Origin: Bugula neritina
Taxonomy: Eukaryota; Animalia; Bryozoa
Assembly (NCBI GenBank): GCA_964035545.1
Contig: OZ037767.1
Coordinates: forward strand, 24,754,628 to 24,818,627
Direction of reading: 5' to 3'
DNA: 64,000 nt
Positions 13,897 through 24,134 of the stretch are shown in pieces. The position numbers and the translations under genes are program-made. The first letter of the stretch is position 1; every line of letters begins with the position of its first letter. The notes under the pieces are model-generated. The model was not told where the DNA came from. It made no database searches and saw only the letters and a program-made list of their open reading frames with translations.

Positions 13897-14819
13897 TTTA
13901 ATTAGCACTGACTTTAGTTCAGCAAATGTCAGCCTGAAAATATACTAGCATTTTTAAATATTTGCATTTACTTACCATAAAAACAAAAATAATCTATTTT
14001 CAAATATTTGATAGATTTCTGATGAATGGAACATTAGATTGAACAATTCTTATCAAGTGCCAACATCAATAGATGTAATAATTTAAAAAATACAATAACT
14101 GTCACTCAGAACTCCAAGAAGACCCTGATAAATATATCAAGTAACTATGCATGCAGTATAGTCAAAGGTTTTATAACAATAAATAATTACAAATGGTACT
14201 ACTATCTAAAATAATATGATTCTCATTGTGATTGTGATTCAGACTAATATTAAACCTAATAACTATAATTAATATTATACTTGTAGTTATAACTTAAATT
14301 TAATAATTAAAATAATAATATTACCATTGTGGTTGTCACACTCACTGAATCATTGTCATTGTGATTGCTAAGCTTAACACTATACTAATACTTAAACTTC
14401 TTTATAATTTAGATTATTTAATTTTATCAATTTCAAAATTTAAATTTATTACTGTTAGTATAAGTATTAATATTATAACATAAATAATAATTATTTAAAA
14501 TTATGCTTATTGTAAGAAGTGATAATGATGATCACAATCATAATAATAATTCAAATAGAAATTGTCTTTATCATTTGACATTTAACATTTATCTTTTATT
14601 ATTTGAAACAATCCAAGTCTAACAATCTGATTCACTGATAGTGATTGCCATTGTGATTGTAAGTGAAATTAACATTAACTTTGAGCTTTAGCCTGTGGCT
14701 GTAGGTCTAGTTTCATATTGAATTTTAGTTTGATATTGAATTTGATTTTCATTTTTGATTATCATCATTATGATATTCAACATCAATTTCGCATTGAATG
14801 GTAATAATAATTAATATCC

Positions 14820-15300
14820 AAGATCAAAGGAAGAGATAGTGTAACTGCGGCACGCGAAGAGCTACGATTAGAAACACTAGCAACTAGAAGAATGAACACG
14901 AGGCATACTCTTCTCATACGGCTACGCTTGTTATCCAAAAAGGAAAATCACAAATCGCTCATGTGCACATATGATGAACTTATGAAACAAAGCTCTGAAA
15001 GTATGACAGTCACCAGAGCAACATCTCGCGGTGTACCCCCCACAATCTATGCAAAAAATTCCCCTTATTACAACAGCTTTTTACCAAAGACAGTACGAGA
15101 ACTTAAATCTAAACTTTCTATACAGTAAAAGTGATCTACATTTACACGTAATGATGTGCACACTAGTCATTTGACAACTAATTGACATGTACGAGCTAAC
15201 CAAAGACTGCAACCTATTGAGGAGCACCACTTGCTATAACTATAAGTATTAGTATATCACATATGCTCTAGTGCTTTCTAAAGAAGAAGAGGTAAGAGAG
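14820..15300 (+). mobile_element. 5'-truncated non-LTR retrotransposon (CR1/L2-group-like) fragment: ORF2 C-terminus plus 3' UTR
   Basis: Open frame 14820-15128, KIKGRDSVTAAREELRLETLATRR...TR...YYNSFLPKTVREL, matches the SVT..L..L..L..RR / YxSFFPRTI pattern at the end of CR1/L2-like RT ORFs. The segment ends in a GAA/GA-rich tail. The clade assignment is inference. Confidence 0.65.
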
Positions 15301-15539
15301 AGGTAATATTGTTATTAAATATATTACTATGAGTATGAATATGATTATCATTAAATTTAATTGATAATAATAATGATTATCATTATGATCATCACTATGA
15401 CTATCATAATCATAATCATAATGATAATCATGATCAATCATCATCATGATGATTTATTTTTGATTTAATGATGTTCAATGACTTCAATATGTTGAAAGGT
15501 GATAGATTGTGACACATTTTAATTTTTTTAAAGCTGATC

Positions 15540-15910
15540 AAACACAATTGTAGCGACATTCATAATGTAACGGGAAAAGTGAGTCTCGCTCTCAGTTTCA
15601 GTCCGAGTCAGAATAATATGCATATGAGAATGCAAATGAAAATTAAAGTACACATAACGGAAACGGAGTAGGTTGGCATATGCGCATAACATTGTTATGG
15701 TTATAGAGTTATCCCCCTCGGGTTTTAACGCGTTAGTTTCGGCTTTTACGAGCTTGCCTCGTTTAAGGTGAGCGGTCCGCGGTTTTGTTACAACAAGAAG
15801 AATTTGGTCACGAATAAAGGCTATCTCCATAGGAATACAAAGCCATGCCATAGTCGCAAGTTCTTTTTTATTTTCACCGAAGTCTCAAAGTTTAAACCAT
15901 TACCATCGGT
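15540..15910. promoter_or_regulatory. CpG-enriched island; candidate bidirectional promoter for XRN1 (-) and LEKR1 (+)
   Basis: Local excess of CpG in otherwise CpG-poor DNA, located between two divergent genes. Both ATG exons are preceded by splice acceptors, so non-coding first exons are implied. Candidate plus-strand donor AAG|GTGAGC at 15767/15768. Confidence 0.5.
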
Positions 15911-16059
15911 ACTGATTGGTATAAGTATTGATATTATGATAACCATACTCACATTAAGTTTAATTATCACCTAGTAGTTCAGAAAATACTTGCTGGACAT
16001 TGTGATTGTAAGCTACTGACGAGACTATCACTATGAGTATGACTATGACAGTATGAGTA

Positions 16060-16332
16060 GGGTGTGACTAAAATGGGTGGCCACCCGGTGTCGCGGTCCG
16101 TGACACCCATTTTAGTCATAAGGGGGGGGTTTTGACTAAAATGGGTGTCGCCAAAAATTTTCGTTTTATTTTCACATTTTTAGACATTTGTGGCTGCTAA
16201 AATTGTTATTAAATAAATCTTCAGTGAATAATAAACATTTTACAATTGTTTAAACCAAAAAACATGAATAAATAATGATTAAATTAAATTAATTTTAACA
16301 AGAACTAAACCCGATAAGAGTTATCTTTCCTT
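16060..16332 (+). repeat. Left terminal inverted repeat of the MULE
   Basis: The outer ~90 bp are identical to the reverse complement of the right end except for the G-run (8 vs 7). Similarity then decays but is recognisable to AAGAGTTATCTTTCCTT at 16316-16332. Contains three alternating-orientation copies of TGACTAAAATGGGTG. Confidence 0.95.
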
Positions 16333-17950
16333 ATAATATAGCTAGCATATTCTATTTCCAACATGGAGCTAGAGTTGGAGTAGGTGTGATTTAGGAAGCC
16401 AACACAATTTGTTGTTACTTCTTTTAAGTTCTGTTACTGTAAAATTCCATTAGATACAAAGCTTCACAGTGTCACACTTTCTCTCCGAATGTCGTACTTT
16501 GAATATAAGCAAATAAAATATTAATATACATTTTGTATGTTGAGTTAAATTTAATCATAATGATTATGATATTCATTTGATAATCATCATCATCATTATC
16601 ATGATAAATTTAAAATTAATTGATTGCTGATGATGATGTTATGATGATGATGATAATCTCATGAGTAATCATTATTATTATTTTTATTTTAACTTTCATT
16701 TTGATTTGGTTGTAGTTTGAGTGAGACTAAGAGTAATACTAAAAGTAATTATAAACCTAAATCAGTAAATGGTTTAACTAACAGTTAGTGTTACGCTTAC
16801 TTGTTACTAAGTCAGTTGCTGTAGATCAAGATGAAGATGTAACACCAACTAACACTGACAGTCACTGTGACTGTGTCAAGTGAGACTGTTGGTCTAAACT
16901 TAGTCTTACCTTTTAACTTTTAAGTAATTTAGTGTTACTACATTCATTAGTGTTAGTATTAGTATATTACTTATAGTTTAATGCTTTTTACTTAGTTGAG
17001 TTCACCAACAGTAACGCTGTCATTATCATTATATTCATATTGTTAGACAATTTAATACATACATACATATAGATATAATTATAAATTACTAACATACTAT
17101 CAGTAGTGCTTAATCTTTTGATCCTCCTCAGTACTGGCACCTATAGGTATATATTAAATTTCCTCAAACTTCAAGACTGAAATATTGCCATTGCTAAGAG
17201 TTTATTAGCATTGCTTGTTACTATTATTAACAGGCAATAGTGTTGCTCACTAGATTTATTCGGTTTGGTTTTCACTTTTGTTGATGTTTGTGTTAATGAA
17301 GATGCAATCTCTTCAGGAGCGATTATACACACTCCAGCTAGTGCTTTTCACAAACACTCAAATAGTGACACTAAAATAGTGCATCATAAGGAATCTTTTT
17401 TAATAAATGATGTTTCAAGTCATTCCGTTATTTCAATCCATTTTTAAATCAACATTGTTTTCATTTTAGTTGGTGCAATGGCTAGTGGAAGTAGACCCCC
17501 CCCCCCAGTACCCCCTGCTAAACTTAACTCAATAGATTATGGTCAGGAACGGCAACTGTTTTGTTAATTAACTTTAAGTTGCATAGAAAATATATTGCAT
17601 TTAATTTTAATATTATATTTGAAATGTATGTCTCCTGTTTCTAATAAAGAATAAGCAAGTTTAAATATAATTTTTTCAATGACATATTAAATTGTTATGC
17701 TAATTGAAATTTTGAAACAGCTCAGCTGCTCTGACCTTTATTATCTGTAATTGAAGACATGTAGCTACAGATCAAAAACTGTATGGTGCAGCTAATATAT
17801 TAAAGCCTGTACAAAATTTGTCAGATGCACTGTTGCATCACTAGTTGATTTTACTGGTCTCAAAAGTTTATAGTACAGTTTTTCACTGGCAATAGAGAAG
17901 ACAACTTTTTCAGTGCACTGCAATACTTGTTTTTGTTTCGAATTTAATTC

Positions 17951-20277
17951 CACATTTGAAAATTTTAAAATTATTTGAATTAAAACAAAAATTTGTATAA
18001 AAATTATTGTAAGCTACTTTCCTGCCACACAGAAATTTAAAGGCCTCAAATAAAACAATCGTTTCCGTGCGACCAAATCCCCCTCCACTTTAGTTATCAA
18101 GGGGTGTTCTTTTTACTAAAATGGGTGTTGCAAGAATTTTTGATCTGTATTTTGCTATGTGAATAAATCTGATTTTATAACTATTATCATTAATTTGATT
18201 TTGAGTTTTGCACAAACTCAGCTAATTGAAATGCATGTACCTGCAAAGTAAAGATTAAAAAGATGAAAATTATGATGCACAATATCGAGGTCAATAACTA
18301 GGGGGTGTCGCGACGAGAAGTCAATACATATATCAAAATTTAAGTTTAATGATAATTTTTAAAGTTTTTCTAAATTAAAAAAAGTTGATATAAAGAAAAT
18401 TTCAGTAAATGAAATCTAAAACTAATCTGATGGTCATAAGTGCCCAAAAAGCCAAAAAATAGAGCAAACATTATAGCGACACTCATGCCCCCCTTCTATT
18501 GTAGTTATCCAGTGGTGTCTTTTTGCTAAAATGGGTGTCACGAGAATTTTTGGTTTGCATCTAACACTGTGGACAGATATAATTTTACAACTGACGTCAT
18601 TAAACTGATTTTGCATTTTTACACAAACTAAGCTAATTAAACTGTCGTGAAACTGCGACACAAGAATAAATAAAATTAAAATCATTTTGAAAATTCTTGG
18701 GGTCAAAAACTAGGGGGTGTCGCGAAGAATTCAATATGTGTATTTTAACTTAATTTCATTGATATTTTTCAGTTTTAGACATGCTGACTTATGAACCATA
18801 TACTTTAAACTTGTAAAAATACTAAGAGCAATATTAACAAACCAAAATGTTCACAAAATGTGAAAATAAAACTAAAAATCTCTGCGACACCCATTTTAGT
18901 CAAAACCCCCCCCCCAAATGACTAAAATGGGTGTCACGCTGATTTTTGCTTTATTTTTTAGCTTTCTGAACGGTTTTAGACACTACAAATTATGTAATAT
19001 TGAAACTTTTACTTGCTTTTACTAATTAAGATTATTAAAACTTTTAATACTCATAAATATTGGGAAAAAATGATGAAAACAAAACTAAAAGCAAAGAGAA
19101 GATAACTCTAGGGAGTGTCACTGACGGTTTCGGTTTTCATTATATTTTAATATTATTGCAAATTATTATATAATAATACTGTCATTTGGAGTGAAACAGT
19201 TATAATATATCATATTTTTCCTAAAGTTTTGATCAACAACTAATTTAACAACAAAAATTGCCAAAAAGCTAAAAAATAAAGCAAAAATCACCGTGACACC
19301 CATTTTAGTCATTTGGGGGGGTTTTGACTAAAATGGGTGTCGCAGAGATTTTTAGTTTTATTTTCACATTTTGTGAACATTTTGGTTTGTTAATATTGCT
19401 CTTAGTATTTTTACAAGTTTAAAGTATATGGTTCATGAGTCAGCATGTCTAAAACTGAAAAATATCAATGAAATTAAGTTAAAATACACGTATTGAATTC
19501 TTCGCGACACCCCCTAGTTTTTGACCCCAAGAATTTTCAAAATGATTTTAATTTTATTTATTCTTGTGTCGCGGTTTCATAACTTTTTAATTAGCTTAGT
19601 TTGTGTAAAAATGCAAAATCAGTTTAATGATGTAAATTGTTAATTTATATCTGTCCACAGTGTTAGATGCAAATCAAAAATTCTTGCGACACCCATTTTA
19701 GCAAAAAGACACCACTGGATAACTACAATAGAAGGGGGCATGAGTGTCACGATAATATTTTGCTCGGTTTTTAGGCTTTTAAAGCACTTATGGCCATCAG
19801 ATTAGTTTTAGATTACATTTGCTGTAATTGTTTTTAAATTCAATATTTTTAATTTAGAAAAAAACTTCTAAAATTAGCAATAAACTTAAATTTTGATCAA
19901 TGTGTTGACTTCTCATCGCGACACCCCCTAGTTATTGACCTCGATATTGTGCATCATAATTTTCATCTTTTTAAGCTTTACTTTGCAAGTACATGCATTT
20001 CAATTAGCTGAGTTTGTGCAAAATTCAAAATCAAATTATTGATAATAATTATAAAATCAAATTTATCCACATAGCAAAATACAGATCAAAAATTCTTGCA
20101 ACACCCATTTTAGTAAAAATAACACCCCTTGATAACTAAAGTGGAGGGGGGTTTGATCGCACGGAAACGATTGTTTCATTTGAGGCCTTTAAATTTCTGT
20201 GTGGCAGGAAAGTAGCTTACAATAATTTTCATACAAATTTTTGTTTTAATTTAAATAATTTTAAAATTTTCAAGTGT
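17951..20277. repeat. Internal long inverted repeat (arms ~17951-18965 and ~19265-20277, ~300-bp spacer) containing TIR-derived motifs
   Basis: The arms are reverse complements over ~1 kb with scattered substitutions (e.g. AAGCTACTTTCCTGCCACACAGAAATTTAAAGGCCTCAAA at 18011 mirrored at ~20180-20218). GCGACACCCATTTTAGTCAAAAC(n)..TGACTAAAATGGGTGTCACG at 18884-18938, and its mirror at ~19292-19343, match the TIR subterminal block. Confidence 0.95.
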
Positions 20278-20989
20278 AAAAGTATACAAAAAACTTAAGT
20301 AAACTCGAAAAAACAGGTATTGTAATTTAGACAATAATTATTATTGTTGACAATATAAAACCAGAATGTTACTCACTTTCCACCAGGTTGTTCTTAAAGT
20401 TATCTTCTCTTTAGCATATGCGTACTATGAATTGTTAATGAATTAAAACAGCTTGGATGTTTTGTTTACCATTCAGTTTGCCATGGTCATTTAGTGGCTG
20501 CCTTAATATTGATTGAACTGCACCCTACAAGAACATCATGTTATAATTTAGCAGGCATATCTTTACAATAATTAATAGCTTTTAAATTATAGAATATACC
20601 ATCTTGCTATTTCTATTGACATCACCAGGTAAATACTTGACTCATTTAGTTTTATAATTTGACTTACTAGTAATTACCAAAACTTAAATGAGTTTTGAGG
20701 TAGTACACCAGACTTGTCTTGTTTAATAATAATTTTTAGTAAGTGTTGTTGTGCTATGAGTTTTGAATATCTATAATTCTTAATTCATTCATATAAAGTG
20801 TAACTTTGCAATGTGTTAATTGCTATATAACAAAATATTTTATGCTTGTATATTTTCATTGGTAAATAAATGAAATGTCTCTTGATTTCACTATTATGTA
20901 CTTTTTCTACATACTGAGGATGTTCTTTTCGTTTAGAATCACAAGCTGTTTTTTATTTAAAGATTTCACAATTTAACTGATGGAGGTAT

Positions 20990-22057
20990 ATATTTAAAAT
21001 ATTGTTGTCTGTGTTTAAGAAGAGATGCAATTTCTTCAGATGTTGACTATCAAGACTCCATGCAGTTAGTGCAATTGCACAGACAACAGTTTCTGAGTAG
21101 TATTATCTTGAAAGCAAGTCTGGGCACTCAAAAAATATGTTTTAATTTTTTTTATAGAAATAAATATTATGTAAAAGTTTTTATCTCTTATCATAATAAA
21201 ATAAAGGGGATAGGTGCATTGACGAATTTATTAGAAACTACATGATATAAAGATTTACTATAGCCTACAAAGTTTTCTCCACATATTATTTTAATTTATA
21301 TACCAACGTTCTTTTTTAAATTTGTTGATAGTGTTAAATATTGGCCCAAAGCCTTCAAAATAATTATTATGCCGAAGTTCTTATAGATCAATAGTGATTT
21401 ATATGTTAACATTTTTGAGATTTGATGAAAGAGGCTTTCAAACTCTTTTGTTTGCGTCAGATTCTTAATTTTTACTGTTTGTTATGTATCAATACATCAA
21501 AGATTTTTTTAAAAGTTGTATATGAGTATATCTCTCAAACAATGGAACCCTTACATCAAACTTAAATAAATTCAGCATGAGATGTTTACAGTTGCTATAT
21601 TGCCATTCTATTGACCAACTGCACTGCCAATGTTGTGGTTGTTTGCACTAGAATGTGGCTATTGATGTTGTCATGATATTCATCTGTCCTAACAATCAAT
21701 ACCTTATATATAGATGAGCAGAAAAGCAGTGATGACAATTCAATTACCTGTTTAAATTTTTGAACTTAGAGGAGAATAACTTGATATATAAAAACCATTG
21801 CAACAAAATATTTTGGCACCGATGATGTAACACTTTCAGCATATTATATACATCACAATCTAAATGTTTGGAACACTCTGTTGACCAACATAATATTATA
21901 TTTAAAGGGTCCAACACTTCTAACCATAGCTTAAACCATTTTCATTCCGTAAGCTTTCTACACAAACGCAAATTAGCAAATGTTGGTATGGCTCATCCAA
22001 CAGCAGTGTGACAGCTTTCAACAGAATGCTATTTGAATAAACCGTTTTTACTTTTGT
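20990..22057 (-). pseudogene. Probable decayed, internally deleted paralogue of the OTU-MULE transposase gene
   Basis: Minus-strand peptide fragments resemble the intact plus-strand protein and occur in the same order, interrupted by stops and frameshifts, with a 59-nt GT-AG intron (21689-21747) at the OTU/transposase boundary. Aligned by eye only. Confidence 0.55.
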
Positions 22058-24134
22058 CTACAGAAATTAAATTGAATATATATTTAGCTCAACATCCAAT
22101 CTCCATGCTTCCTACATTCTGCACATACATAAACTGATAGCACCACAGCAAATTAAAGGGGGAATGTAACTGGTTGTGTGATGCCCACAACAGTCATCAC
22201 CATAAATAACATGACCTCATTAACCCTTCAAACTTCCTATTTATGCTTAGTTAACAGTCAGCAGGCATTACTAATCTACCTTGTGCTGACTATTAGATCT
22301 GTGGTTATGTCATTGTGGTTGGGGTGACTGTCATAACTCCTCTACCTCTACTAGACGATATTAATACTCTGAGGCTATGCAGTAATGTTTACTATGTTTT
22401 AGGATGCAATCATTGTGGTAATTTTATGGACAATCTTGACTATTTAGCAAATTTTAGGGACATATTTTTGCATGGTTTAGTAACAACAGCCATAGTATAT
22501 AAACTCTTGATAAATTTATTATAATCAGTTGGCAGCGTGATCTTAACAAATAACTGTTTTTATTTCAATTTAATGTTTTTCTATATAGTTTGCTGATCGC
22601 TGTGTATTCAGGACAAAAAGGTTAGTCACTTTATGCATATATTATATTATCTGTATATTATTGCTTTTACAGTAAAAACTTTCATAGCTCTTCTTTTATA
22701 TTGACTTTTGTAATTAACCACGCTAATGCATGCATATCATTTATATAACTATTATTTTAAACTATCATATAGTTTTTTTTTCAGCAAGTGTACAAATAAA
22801 CTGGTGGAAAGTACAACTTCTGCATATTGCATATATGTGTCATTTTACTTAATTTAGGACACACTCTATATCTCTATTTTTTAGCTACTTTTCACAATTT
22901 AACTGCTAATGTATATGATTTATTGCCCTAAAATAATGAAATAGTAACAAATACAGCTGAATAATTAAAGTTTCTTTTCAAATTTGGTTGATTTTCTATG
23001 TTTTTATCCAAATTCTTAAGTAAGTTGGTATGTGCGGGACGTGATGGTTTTTTCATCACGGTCGCGCATATATATTTAGCTCAAATGACAATGCCGGTGC
23101 AGTTTAAAGTTGGGAAATCCCCTCCCAGCCTTTTTCTGTTATGCATCATTATAATTAGTAGTACATAAAGTTACCACACATATAGTAAATTTCCATGAAT
23201 TCTGAGCAAACTACAATGTTTGGTCATAATTTGCACTAAATAGAGTACTAAATAGAGTAATATGACTCATATGAAAATTTGGGTGCATGCTTCCGGGCTA
23301 GTTACACTTGCTGTAACATATGCTGTATTTTTGTTCGGTAAAGGTTTTTATCTTATAAAGACAATTGAGAAGCATTACTGGGTGAAGATTATATAGGCTT
23401 AATGCTATATTACTTTATACTTGTGATTTTATAATAATTAGATTTTTACTGAGTTTGAAACGAGCAATAATAGGGAGAAGGGAAAAGGTCAGTAGTCATT
23501 AGTCTACCATTCTATAACCACTTGAATAATTTCAACACAATACTATTACCTGATTTAAACTAGTATGTTTTTATATTTTCTATTGTTATATTATATAATC
23601 TTACTGTTTTAATCTTGCACACTATAATGTAACTGCCCAAATTGTACCAACTTAAGACTTCACGGTGTTGCTTTCTGTAACAAAAGTGTTTAATAATAAA
23701 CTACATTTTAAAATTCCAGTAAATCTACCTCTATAGCGTCCTTGCTTGTTATTGAACCAATCAAAACTATTGCAATGCCTATAACAACTATAATGATATT
23801 ATTGCAAGAAGATGGCTTTGGAGCATTTATTAACTTTTCTTTTTTTTCCAATGTCATTTTATGTACATGAACAGGAACATTGCTTCAAACTGTTAAATAA
23901 ATTTACTAATGTCACATAACATTCCATTATATTACAACCATTTGATGTTTATCTAATTTTACCTATCATATAGCGATGAAGCTCATTAGTATACTTTTAT
24001 TCAATTAAATGCAGTACAACAAACAATAATTTAATTGCTATATAAGTACTGCCAAATTATCAAATTATTTTATGTTTAAAAGAAAAACATCAAATTGGTT
24101 ATCTCTTAAGCCAATATAACTTATTGTTTTTTAG

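Noticed and set aside
18090-20140. Motif ladder as a CRISPR-type repeat-spacer array
   Set aside because: The intervening segments are 180-230 bp, related to one another and mirrored across the palindrome, so they are not independently acquired spacers.
17900-20330. Internal palindrome as an independent nested MITE/foldback insertion
   Set aside because: The outer boundaries fade gradually and I could not find a flanking TSD. The TIR-like blocks face the centre rather than sitting at the outer ends. Not fully excluded without a genome search.
20370-20650. Small exon-like segments with splice signals on both strands
   Set aside because: They could not be chained into a stop-free, phase-consistent reading frame.
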